A program made the position numbers and the translations under genes. Source: Bacteroidales bacterium (GTDB lineage Bacteria > Bacteroidota > Bacteroidia > Bacteroidales > JAGODS01). From it: a stretch of DNA of 38,693 nucleotides. This document shows, in pieces, positions 26,039 to 34,293 of the stretch (position 1 is its first letter; every line of letters starts with the position of its first letter). Under the pieces are notes generated by a model, which worked only from the letters and a program-made list of their open reading frames with translations, searched no databases and was not told the origin of the DNA. Where the stretch lies: assembly GCA_017998135.1 (NCBI GenBank), contig JAGODS010000002.1, positions 1-38,693 on the forward strand. Reading direction: 5' to 3'.

Positions 26039-27116
26039 TTAATTATCTAAATATATCTGAACAATCAAAAACAAATCACTATAAGAATGATTTAAAGGGT
26101 TGCCTTTTTCGTCATAACAGTCTAAAATGATACTGAAAGAAAATTGTAAGCCTTTAGACTCTTTATCAATTCCAAAAGAGACATTCCAAATCCCAGAATT
26201 ATTTAGACTAATTTCTCCAGAACCACAAGTATATGATACTTTTTTAATATATGGAATATATTCGGCAGGTGGGTTCCATGGACCTCTGTTAATAATAATA
26301 TTAGTTAAACTTATTTGCATATTATAATTGACAGTGGGATTTTCTACATAAACCTTAGGGACATAAATTCGTAAGAATTTAGCATTTCCGTATTAAATAT
26401 CTTTGTCAATTCTAAGTTTATACCCTTCAATACTGAAATAATAATCGGCTTTAAAATATTTATTGCAAATAAAAACTGAATTTTGAGGGGAGTCGTAAGA
26501 GCTGACGTATTTGTATTCAAATTTAGCGCCTTTAACCATAAAAGCGACTGACCAGCCGTCTAAATAGTTATCAGCAAGACCTGAAGTAAGCTTACATTCA
26601 AGCTCGTATGGTATAAGGTTAGTGTCACCGAAATTCTTAAGCCATTCGGCAGTGTCAATAGAAATAGCCTGCAGAACACCTTTTCGGTCAGTTCCAAGAG
26701 TAACAGGATAGCTTTTCTCGAAGGTAATTTTATTCTTTCTTGTATTAGTAATTTTGATTTTAATATTACAGTCTTTAGAGTTGTTCAAATCGGCATTGTA
26801 ACATTGCAGATTAAGTTTAAGAGTTTTAACAGAAGCGGGAATAGTATCAAAGGGGGTCTCCATTAGGAGCAGCCCATCTGTAGCCGTCCGGTTTGTTATT
26901 ATCCCATAAAAGATTAATTCTTCCGGGTTTATCATTTTTATAATAAACAAAACTCATATTTTGAAGGGTGCTTGGTTCACCGGGAAAGCCAATAGTCTGT
27001 AAAGAACGGGCTGAATGCACTGAACTACCGGGGTACATAATCATATACATAGTAGTAGCAGCTTTGTCTTTAAGGAATCAGCTCCATTTTCTGTAAGTGT
27101 ACATAGTTTCTTTAAA
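26039..27116 (-). pseudogene. decayed, 5'-truncated third paralog of the protease-like lipoprotein family (C-terminal half only)
   Basis: Reading the minus strand gives KETMYTYRKWS*FLKDKAATTMYMIMYPGSSVHSARSLQTIGFPG.. (compare EGTMYTNRKWSWIL..LSVLYSDNPPHPDRTLQTVSLPS in B). It continues ..KTLKLNLQCYNADL.., ..YLDGWSVAFMV.., ..LRIYVPK.. and ..GSGEISLNNSGIWNVSFGIDKESKGLQFSF. Lesions are an in-frame TGA at 27078-27080, a frameshift at a G5 run (26852-26856), and an in-frame TAA at 26393-26395. The signal peptide and the Cys/His domain are absent. Confidence 0.8.
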
Positions 27117-27121
27117 ACTAA

Positions 27122-27173
27122 ACGAGTTGGCTTAAAAGCGAAGGAGGGACGACTGAGCTAAAAGCCAACTCGT
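27122..27173. repeat. 12-bp perfect-stem hairpin at the truncation point of the pseudogene
   Basis: ACGAGTTGGCTT (27122-27133) and AAGCCAACTCGT (27162-27173) are exact reverse complements separated by 28 nt. Confidence 0.8.
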
Positions 27174-27227
27174 AAAAAAGACCGCCAAAGGCAGATGAAA
27201 AATTTTTGAAAAATGCAAATAAAAATA

Positions 27228-27325
27228 TTGTAACTACTCAGTAGCTGATTAAATACCATGTATTAAGTACCAAGTACCAAGTACTAAGTTTCCAAACACA
27301 CATAATTTTATTTTTATTTTTTTTA
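27228..27325. repeat. intergenic element, copy 1 (TTGTAACTACTCAGTAGCTGATTA .. 7-bp array .. TTCCAAACACACATAATTTTATTTTT)
   Basis: Shares both end blocks with 37159-27227's counterpart at 37159-37227. It contains ATTAAGT ACCAAGT ACCAAGT ACTAAGT (27262-27289). Confidence 0.75.
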
Positions 27326-27531
27326 ACCTTAGTATAAAACTTGTTCCCTTATATATAAACCTTATTGGTTTATTTTGAAGTATAAATGTTAATAAAAAAG
27401 GTAATAAGGTAGATTTTGTTTCTTTTATTGCTTATACTAAGGTTTATAGGGTTTTTACAATATATAAACGCTTAAATTTCACTGCTGATTAGTTATAAAA
27501 AATTTTATATTTTTGCTGAAAATTTTTTATT

Positions 27532-27957
27532 ATGGATAATAAAATATTAATTGAGGATATTGCTTTTGCGATGCAGAATAATTCATGTTATTCATTTTAT
27601 AAGACAGCAACAAAAGAAGTAATAATGATACCTGAGGATGATGGATTCTGGATTGAAGAGGAAGAGGAAGAATATAATAAAATAATGGAAGATGATTATG
27701 AGGAAGGTGAATATATAAGAATAAGGAAATCAGATTCAAGAGAATCTTTCGGTCTTATGGAGAGTTTTACTGATGAACTTGAAGATGGGAGGATAAAAAA
27801 TGAATTATATCGTGCTCTAAGTGAGAGAAAGCCTTTCAGAACATTCCGGTTTGTTCTTGACGGCAATGATGAATATTTGCAAAAATGGTATAAATACAGA
27901 GATGATTATTATAACCAAAAAGCAATTGAGTTTTTGAAAGAAAATAATATTAAATAG
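27532..27957 (+). CDS. UPF0158-family protein
   Basis: 141 aa with an acidic middle. ..YIRIRKSDSRESFGLMESF.. and ..LSERKPFRTFRFVL..LQKWYKYRDDYYNQKAIEFLKENNI fit the UPF0158 pattern (P..se.y..M..F ; kg.FrrFkd.l.....W..fr......a.eWl..n.i). Confidence 0.65.
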   Translation: MDNKILIEDIAFAMQNNSCYSFYKTATKEVIMIPEDDGFWIEEEEEEYNKIMEDDYEEGEYIRIRKSDSRESFGLMESFTDELEDGRIKNELYRALSERKPFRTFRFVLDGNDEYLQKWYKYRDDYYNQKAIEFLKENNIK

Positions 27958-28250
27958 ACACAATAATAATAGCATAAAAAGAGCTATAAAAGGATATAGG
28001 TTTATTGTTAGTTCACAGATGGTTTATCATTCAAATTTTACTCCCACTTTATTTTCATATATTAGTGAGCATTCATAAAATTGGAAATTTAAAATTTTTA
28101 TCACGTAAAGACAATCGCAAAGAGCCGATATAACTTACCCTAATTCTTTTTACGATTTAGGAGAGGAAATAAAATGGACTTTATAGATGTTTACTAATTG
28201 CTATTAATTAACCTATTATATTGTTTATTTATAATTATTTATTTTAACAT

Positions 28251-29294
28251 CTATGAGAATAATTTTAGAATGCTTTGCGTATCGGGATTAATTATACCTT
28301 TTTCAGTGATAATACCTGTAATGTATTTAGCAGGCGTAACATCAAAAGCAGGATTGAAGTAATCGCTGCCTTCTGAAGCTATTCTTATGTTTTCTATTTT
28401 GCCTTTCTGCGTTAAGCCGCTAATGAAAAGTCCTTCATTGGGACTTCTTTCTTCAATAATAATATCTTTTCCAAAATTACAATTAAGGTCAAAAGTGGAA
28501 AGTGGAGCAGCCACATAAAAAGGGATATTAAATTCTTTTGCAATCACAGCTTTTTCAAGCGTCCCTATTTTATTGGCAACGTCACCATTAAGGGCTATTC
28601 TGTCGGCTCCAACAATCATCATATCCACTAAGTTCTGCTTCATAATATATGCGCCTGCACTGTCGGGTATAATCTTGTGAGGCACGCCTTCGTTAAACAA
28701 TTCCCAGGCGGTGAGTCTGGCGCCCTGACTGCGGGGACGAGTTTCATCAACCCAGACAAAGATATTTTTTTTATTTCTGTGAGCTTTATATATAGGTGAG
28801 AGTGCAGTGCCATAATCAACGAAAGCCAGCCAGCCTGCATTACAATGGGTCTCAATTCTGTAAGCATCTTTAATAATTTCGTTTCCATATTCTCCAATTT
28901 GAGAGCTGGCAAATAAATCCTCGTTTGCAATAAGTTTAGCTTCTTTAAAAACATTTGAAACTGATAATTTGCCTGAGTTATAAACTCTTTCAACAGCATA
29001 AAATAAATTACGTGCAGTAGGACGGGTTGCTTCTATTTCAGATTTTGCATTTGAAATATAATTAAGATAATTTTTTTTATCTGCTTCTAAGCAAGCCTGA
29101 GCCATAGCATAGCCTGCAGTAGCTCCAATAGCGCCTGCACCCCTGACTATCATTGATTTTATAGCCTCGCAGGTGATTTTATATGTCTTTGATTCATAAA
29201 TTTCAAATTCAAAGGGTAGTTTATTTTGATTAATCATAAAAACTGAACTGCCTTGCATCCAGACAGTTCTATAGTCAGTTCCATTTACACGCAT
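28251..29294 (-). CDS. mtnA: S-methyl-5-thioribose-1-phosphate isomerase (eIF-2B alpha/beta/delta family)
   Basis: 347 aa. Contains IVRGAGAIGATAGYAMA, VDETRPRSQGARLTAWEL, VGADRIALNGDVANKIGT and NPAFDVTPAKYITGIITEKG. Confidence 0.88.
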   Translation of the reverse strand: MRVNGTDYRTVWMQGSSVFMINQNKLPFEFEIYESKTYKITCEAIKSMIVRGAGAIGATAGYAMAQACLEADKKNYLNYISNAKSEIEATRPTARNLFYAVERVYNSGKLSVSNVFKEAKLIANEDLFASSQIGEYGNEIIKDAYRIETHCNAGWLAFVDYGTALSPIYKAHRNKKNIFVWVDETRPRSQGARLTAWELFNEGVPHKIIPDSAGAYIMKQNLVDMMIVGADRIALNGDVANKIGTLEKAVIAKEFNIPFYVAAPLSTFDLNCNFGKDIIIEERSPNEGLFISGLTQKGKIENIRIASEGSDYFNPAFDVTPAKYITGIITEKGIINPDTQSILKLFS

Positions 29295-29301
29295 TTTTTT
29301 A

Positions 29302-29309
29302 TAATTTTG
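29302..29309 (+). promoter_or_regulatory. candidate -7 promoter box (TAATTTTG)
   Basis: Exact TAnnTTTG, 40 nt upstream of ATG 29349. Confidence 0.3.
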
Positions 29310-29348
29310 CGGTAAAATTATACGTTTTTATTAAAAAAATATTTATTT

Positions 29349-29531
29349 ATGTCGAAATTTATTAAAAACAAGGGTTTTCGAATATCATATTTCTATTGCT
29401 TTAAGCAGGTAGTTGCGATATTGATAATATTTATTTTTCTTTTAAGCATCTTCTCTTGTCGGGGATTAAGAATAAAGAAGAAATGCGATTGTCCTACTTT
29501 TAGTAAAATTTCTAAATCCAATATTATTTAA
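29349..29531 (+). CDS. possible small lipoprotein (60 aa), hypothetical
   Basis: Hydrophobic segment ending in a lipobox-like LLSIFSC, with a promoter-like box 40 nt upstream. No recognisable family, so it could be non-coding. Confidence 0.3.
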   Translation: MSKFIKNKGFRISYFYCFKQVVAILIIFIFLLSIFSCRGLRIKKKCDCPTFSKISKSNII

Positions 29532-29536
29532 ATTAA

Positions 29537-29544
29537 TATCTTTG
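29537..29544 (+). promoter_or_regulatory. candidate -7 promoter box (TATCTTTG)
   Basis: Exact TAnnTTTG, 40 nt upstream of ATG 29584. Confidence 0.4.
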
Positions 29545-29583
29545 CAAAAATTTTAAACTGAACATACACTTTATCCGATAATT

Positions 29584-30675
29584 ATGAATAATAACAATTA
29601 TTGTGTAATAATGGCAGGAGGTGTTGGCACACGTTTCTGGCCTATTAGTAAAACAGCTCATCCCAAACAATTCATTGATATACAGGGAATGGGTAAAACC
29701 TTGATAATGCAGACTTACGACCGCTTCCTTAAGATTTGTCCTAAAGAAAACATTTATATAGTTACTAATATTACTTATAAAGAACTTATCAAAGAGCAAA
29801 TTGCAGGAATAGCAGATGAGCAAATTATTTGTGAGCCTTCACGCAGGAATACAGCACCTTGTATTGCTTATGCAGCTTACAAAATAAAGAAGATAAATCC
29901 TGAAGCCAATATGGTAGTGGCACCTTCCGACCATATTATCCTTAAAGAAGATAATTTTACCGAAATAGTTAATACGGGATTGAAAATATCTGCCGAAAAA
30001 GACTGGTTGCTTACACTCGGTATATCTCCCAGTCGTCCAGATACAGGCTATGGCTATATTCAGTTTTTGCAAGAAAATATTCTGCCTGAAGTTAAAATTT
30101 TAAAGAAAGTAAAAACTTTCACCGAAAAGCCCGCCCTGGAGACTGCAATTACTTTTCTAAAGAGCGGAGATTTTGTCTGGAATTCAGGTATCTTCATCTG
30201 GTCGTTAAAGAGTATCCTGAATGCACTTGAACATCATCTTCCTGAAGTAGATTATATCTTTAAAGAGGGTGTATCTATCTATAACACAGAAAAAGAAGAG
30301 GAATTTATAAAGAAGGCTTATAATATCTGCAAAAGCATATCTATTGACTACGGAATAATGGAAAAAGCGGATAACGTATATGTTTTACGTTCTGATTTCG
30401 GCTGGTCTGATTTGGGAACCTGGGGTTCTCTCTACGATAACAGTCATAAAGATATTAATGGAAATGCAATAGTAGGTAAAAATGTGCTAACTTATGATTC
30501 ATATAATTGTATTGTTAATGTGCCTAAAGATAAGCTCGTTGTGATGCAGGGCTTAGACGACTATATAGTTGTTGAATCCGATAATATATTGCTTATCTGT
30601 CGCAAAACCGATGAACAGCAAATCCGCAATTTCGTCAATGACGTTAAAATAGAAAAAGGCGAACAGTTTATATAA
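29584..30675 (+). CDS. manC: mannose-1-phosphate guanylyltransferase (nucleotidyltransferase domain only, no isomerase/cupin domain)
   Basis: 363 aa. Contains VIMAGGVGTRFWPISK..PKQF, APSDHII, GYGYIQ, and EKPALETA..SGDFVWNSGIFIW. Confidence 0.85.
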   Translation: MNNNNYCVIMAGGVGTRFWPISKTAHPKQFIDIQGMGKTLIMQTYDRFLKICPKENIYIVTNITYKELIKEQIAGIADEQIICEPSRRNTAPCIAYAAYKIKKINPEANMVVAPSDHIILKEDNFTEIVNTGLKISAEKDWLLTLGISPSRPDTGYGYIQFLQENILPEVKILKKVKTFTEKPALETAITFLKSGDFVWNSGIFIWSLKSILNALEHHLPEVDYIFKEGVSIYNTEKEEEFIKKAYNICKSISIDYGIMEKADNVYVLRSDFGWSDLGTWGSLYDNSHKDINGNAIVGKNVLTYDSYNCIVNVPKDKLVVMQGLDDYIVVESDNILLICRKTDEQQIRNFVNDVKIEKGEQFI

Positions 30676-30681
30676 TTTGGC

Positions 30682-30705
30682 ATTGTGCCAATGTGAGAAT
30701 TTACC
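30682..30705 (+). repeat. three units of the 8-bp-period repeat family just after the manC stop
   Basis: ATTGTGCC AATGTGAG AATTTACC, beginning 6 nt after the TAA (30673-30675). It overlaps a small hairpin, TTGGCA-ttg-TGCCAA. Confidence 0.6.
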
Positions 30706-30773
30706 AAGCTATTGCTGAACTATTTCATTTAGTTTTCATCCCTCTTATTATACGTGTCTTATTGGTGTTGTTA

Positions 30774-30828
30774 CGATAAGTTTAGGGATAGTTTACGGAT
30801 AGTCTTCGGATAGTTTAGGGATAGTAAA
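30774..30828. repeat. five tandem 11-bp units (consensus sGGATAGTTTA)
   Basis: CGATAAGTTTA GGGATAGTTTA CGGATAGTCTT CGGATAGTTTA GGGATAGTAAA, head to tail. The 11-bp period is about one helical turn. Confidence 0.85.
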
Positions 30829-31122
30829 TTGGTTTTTTCGGGATTTTTTAATACATTACTTTTTGTCTTTACTTTCCCGTTAGGCGAAGTGTCCACGCTT
30901 GGTCTTAGATTTATCTCCCTGTTTTTAAAATAAATTTTATAAAATTCTTTTTTTAGGTATTTATATACTATCAAATATTATGCCAAAACTGTGCCAAACG
31001 ACTTAAATTAATCTCCTATAATTGTTATTTGTCCAAAAAAAGAATTGTATATAAAGCAATTTATTATTAAACGATTTTGAGCAGATAATATTATACTTTT
31101 ATCTTTAGATTTAACCTCTCCG

Positions 31123-31150
31123 TTAGGCGAAGCATTGACGCTTCGCCTAA
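31123..31150. repeat. GGCGAAGC palindromic hairpin element
   Basis: TTAGGCGAAGC-attgac-GCTTCGCCTAA, an 11-bp perfect stem. Degenerate copies lie at about 30878-30905 (CCGTTAGGCGAAGTGTCCACGCTTGGTCT) and about 17858-17885 (GACGAAGCAAGGACGTTTCGCCT). Confidence 0.8.
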
Positions 31151-31227
31151 TTTACATTTAATTTCCACATCTCTCCGCTCTCGCTTCTAACCCTTTCCAA
31201 CCATAAAATAATAATTTTAATAAGGGT

Positions 31228-31298
31228 ATCTCTAAAAACTCCGTTTTCACTCTCCTAATTTTAGGAGAGGGTAAGGGTGAGGTAAAATTTTTATTAGT
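31228..31298. repeat. short copy of the composite element that also flanks the AAA_14 gene
   Basis: ATCTCTAAAAACTCCGTTTTCACTCTCCTAATTTTAGGAGAGGGTAAGGGTGAGGTAAAATTTTTATTAGT. It is near-identical to 34039-34108 and 35576-35646. Confidence 0.85.
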
Positions 31299-31342
31299 CC
31301 CAATAATTAAGACAATCTATGTTTTTAAGATAATAAATTTAA

Positions 31343-31645
31343 CTACTCTTCATATATAGCATTGCCATCCTTCTTTATTCTTATTAAATCAAGGACTTCC
31401 TCAGTATAAAAGAAAACAGCGTCTTTATCCCTAAAACTATATTTACTTTTTTCCATCCAGTGAGCTTCTACTATTATTTCTTCTGTTTCTATGTTTGAAA
31501 ATGTTTTCTGATAGATTAATCCTTCATTAAGAATAGCATCAATATCTTCAATGCTAAGATGCTTTAAGCAGGTTACAACATTATTCATATATATATGAAC
31601 TTTTTTGGCAAAAGGCCATTCGGCTTTAATGATTACTTTTTCCAT
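31343..31645 (-). CDS. hypothetical 100-aa cytoplasmic protein
   Basis: Clean ATG-started ORF 94 nt downstream of the AAA ATPase gene on the same strand. No recognisable motif. Confidence 0.5.
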   Translation of the reverse strand: MEKVIIKAEWPFAKKVHIYMNNVVTCLKHLSIEDIDAILNEGLIYQKTFSNIETEEIIVEAHWMEKSKYSFRDKDAVFFYTEEVLDLIRIKKDGNAIYEE

Positions 31646-31739
31646 ATTTAATAAAATTTGAGTTAATAAATTAGATAATATTTATATTTTTTATTTTTAT
31701 TTAAACCTGCGAGAATCAAAATAACCCGCAGTATTAAAT

Positions 31740-33428
31740 TTAAAAGCCTATAGTCTTTCTTTCGGCTTTATTTAGGTTTAATTCTTCATAACAAAGATTT
31801 TCAATTTCAGAAAAAGATAACTTTTGTTTATTAAGTAAGTTATGCAATACCATCTTTCTAATTATATTATCAATCTGTCCGCCTGAAATGTTAAAATTAA
31901 CAGCGAGCTGAGCTGCTTCCTGCTCATTTAACAGCTTGGTTTTACTAAGCCATATTTGCTTACGGACAGTTTCATCAGGTAACTCAAATTTAATTTTAAA
32001 CAAAAAACGTCTTTCAAAAGCTTCATCTAAGTTGGAAGTTAGGTTGGTAGTAGCAATAAATATTCCACGAAAGTCTTCCAATTCCTGCAACAATATATTT
32101 TGCATATTATTCTGCATCTGGTCAACACTGTGTGCTACTCCTATTCTTTTACTTATAAGGGCATCGGATTCGTTAAATAACAATATAGGTATATTATCAT
32201 AATATTTGAGGGCGCTGTAATACTCCTTAAATATCCTCTTTATATTTTTCTCCGATTCACCGACAAACATATCTCTGACAGAGCTTATATCGGGCATCAG
32301 CACTTTTCTATTAAGTTTTTTGGCTATTTGCAATGCTGTCTCGGTCTTTCCCGTGCCGGGATGTCCATACATTAGTATAGTAAATCCCTCTTTCATCTTA
32401 TTTTGTTTAAGTTTGTTCATTAGCATAGAAAGATGCTCATCAGACAAGTAATTATAGAGCGATTCAATTTTTTTTATATCCTTTTCATTATAGAATAACT
32501 TTTTACTTTCTATTTGTTCAGGTTCAATGAGTTTACTTAAAGAAGGTTTAAACTCTTTATTCTTATTTATATAATCAAAATCCTTACCCAGCAATATTTC
32601 AACTCCTTTCTCAGTCAGGTATAACGATTTACCTCTCATAAAACTTTCCTTTTCAAAAGCAACAATCTCATTTTTAGTTAAAATTGACTCTTTACGGATT
32701 AACTTATGTTGTAATCTATATTTAGCCGATCCATGTGGTAAAAAGGTATCCATAACCTGCTGCAGGTCAACCGTATCATTTATATCAACTAAAGCCTGTT
32801 TGACAGTATAAAGCAATAGAAGATTTTCAGGTATAGAAAGTTTAAGTTTGGCTATTTTCTTAAATAAGGGCAGTTCCTGCGTTAACTTTAATTTACTTTC
32901 AATTTCATTAAATAAACTGTCAAAGGATAATATGTCATCTTCCCTTTCACTGTATAGCATATCCATCCAATCAATAAAGTCGTTAAGGGTCTTAATAAAA
33001 ATACCGGATTTCTTAATCAGCGACTTATCAGCCGTCATCAAGGCTTTGATTATGTCTTCCCTTATGGTAAAAGTCTTATTTTTATTGATATTATATTTAC
33101 GTCTGGTGTTCATTTCTATGATAACAAGACGTTTTATCCCAAGCTTATCAATATCCTCATAATACTCAAGTAAGTCTAAACTTTCGCAAGCCAGAAATCT
33201 GTTAATATCATTATAAGTAACGCAATTTTCAGTCATATCAATGTAAAAGATAAGACTAAAACATAAAGCTTCTCTGTCAGTGCAATCAAGGAAAGCAGCT
33301 ATATTTTTAATATCCTGCTTTAATGTATTAATAATTTTGCGAGACAGCCCTGCGCCTCTTAAAGTTGTTGCAATTTTTTGAATACTTATCAAAATCTTAC
33401 TGCGCTCTTTTAAAATTCCTTTTTTCAT
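31740..33428 (-). CDS. classical-clade AAA ATPase with a ~330-aa N-terminal region of unknown function
   Basis: Walker A ILMYGHPGTGKTE, VGESEKNIKRIF, Walker B ILLFNESDAL, sensor/SRH ATTNLTSNLDEAFERRFLFKIKFELPD, then a C-terminal helical lid. The track start at 33461 is TTG; ATG 33428 (MKKGILKERSK) is preferred. Confidence 0.85.
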   Translation of the reverse strand: MKKGILKERSKILISIQKIATTLRGAGLSRKIINTLKQDIKNIAAFLDCTDREALCFSLIFYIDMTENCVTYNDINRFLACESLDLLEYYEDIDKLGIKRLVIIEMNTRRKYNINKNKTFTIREDIIKALMTADKSLIKKSGIFIKTLNDFIDWMDMLYSEREDDILSFDSLFNEIESKLKLTQELPLFKKIAKLKLSIPENLLLLYTVKQALVDINDTVDLQQVMDTFLPHGSAKYRLQHKLIRKESILTKNEIVAFEKESFMRGKSLYLTEKGVEILLGKDFDYINKNKEFKPSLSKLIEPEQIESKKLFYNEKDIKKIESLYNYLSDEHLSMLMNKLKQNKMKEGFTILMYGHPGTGKTETALQIAKKLNRKVLMPDISSVRDMFVGESEKNIKRIFKEYYSALKYYDNIPILLFNESDALISKRIGVAHSVDQMQNNMQNILLQELEDFRGIFIATTNLTSNLDEAFERRFLFKIKFELPDETVRKQIWLSKTKLLNEQEAAQLAVNFNISGGQIDNIIRKMVLHNLLNKQKLSFSEIENLCYEELNLNKAERKTIGF

Positions 33429-33458
33429 ATATATACAATTAATATTGTTAATAGAAAG

Positions 33459-33466
33459 CAAATATA
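33459..33466 (-). promoter_or_regulatory. candidate -7 promoter box (TATATTTG on minus strand)
   Basis: Plus-strand CAAATATA, 31 nt upstream of ATG 33428. Confidence 0.35.
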
Positions 33467-33682
33467 TGAAGAATAAATGAAAGAAAAAAATATATTTTCA
33501 AATTTTTGATCTTTTTTTTCTAAAAAGCAACTTTTAAATTTCTTTTATTTCTACAAATTATCTCTTAAACATTACTAAAACAAGGCTTTCGTAAAACTCT
33601 CATACTATTATAACATTAATAAAGTTTTATAAGGCTAAATTGTTAATTTTTATTAAACGGATTATTTATATTGGATTCAGGA

Positions 33683-33895
33683 AAAATTTAACTCACTAAA
33701 ATTTCCGCAGATAGCGCAGATAAACTCAGAAAAATTAAATTCAGCGAAATCGAAGAAATCAGTGATATCAGCGAAAATCCGCGAAATCAGCGGGAGATGT
33801 ATTTTTGAGTCAGTTTGAGAATTAATCAGATTGTATTCAGTCAAAATTGAACTCATTAAAATTCCCGCAAATAGCGCAGATAAACGCAGAAATAA
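33683..33895. repeat. composite intergenic repeat (two ~50-bp direct copies around an ATCAGCG-type short-period array)
   Basis: The two direct copies are AAAATTTAACTCACTAAAATTTCCGCAGATAGCGCAGATAAACTCAGAAA (33683-) and AAAATTGAACTCATTAAAATTCCCGCAAATAGCGCAGATAAACGCAGAAA (33843-). Between them is TCAGCGAAATCGAAGAAATCAGTGATATCAGCGAAAATCCGCGAAATCAGCGGG. Confidence 0.8.
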
Positions 33896-33960
33896 AAACA
33901 AACCACTAAGATACTTAGAATATTAAGATTCACTAAGATAGTTAAAGTTTATGAATAAAT

Positions 33961-34200
33961 CGGCTTAGTGCGTTTGTAAATATTTATTTTTTTCTTCCGA
34001 GACGCAAATAATTATAATTGAAATATAATTAATGGCAATTCTAAAAAACTCCGTTTTCCCTCTCCTGATTTTAGGAGAGGGTAAGGGTGAGGTTAATTTT
34101 TTATTAGTTTTTAGAAGTCCCCTTAAATAAGACCTTATACAACAGTCTTAATTAGCTCATTGGCACATTGGCACATCAGCACAATAGCACATTGGCAAGG
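33961..34200. repeat. left direct repeat flanking the AAA_14/DUF4143 gene
   Basis: CGGCTTAGTGCGTTT..ATTATAATTGAAATATAATTAA..CTAAAAAACTCCGTTTTCCCTCTCCTGATTTTAGGAGAGGGTAAGGGTGAGGTTAATTTTTTATTAGTTTTTAGAAGTCCCCTTAAATAAGACCTTATACAACAGTCTTAATT, then about 5.5 GCACATYR units (34155-34200). Confidence 0.9.
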
Positions 34201-34259
34201 AATAAATAAGATATTAAAAAAAATATTAAAAATTTCTGCTCCACCAGAAAAATTTGTAT

Positions 34260-34267
34260 TAATTTTG
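34260..34267 (+). promoter_or_regulatory. candidate -7 promoter box (TAATTTTG)
   Basis: Exact TAnnTTTG, 27 nt upstream of ATG 34294. Confidence 0.4.
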
Positions 34268-34293
34268 CGGTTTGAACAGAAAAATTAAAAAAA

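Noticed and set aside
28640-28999. 119-aa alternative-frame ORF inside mtnA
   Set aside because: It is on the same strand but in a different frame from a gene with full-length family motifs. It has no independent support.
30771-30974. 67-aa ORF on the minus strand
   Set aside because: It is read straight through the 11-bp tandem array and a degenerate hairpin repeat, and it has no motif or start context.
33677-33901. 74-aa ORF on the minus strand (MFLFLRLSALFAGIL..ICAICGNFSELNFS)
   Set aside because: It is encoded entirely by the duplicated CCGCAGATAGCGCAGATAAAC repeat and the ATCAGCG array. This is a typical repeat-derived pseudo-ORF.
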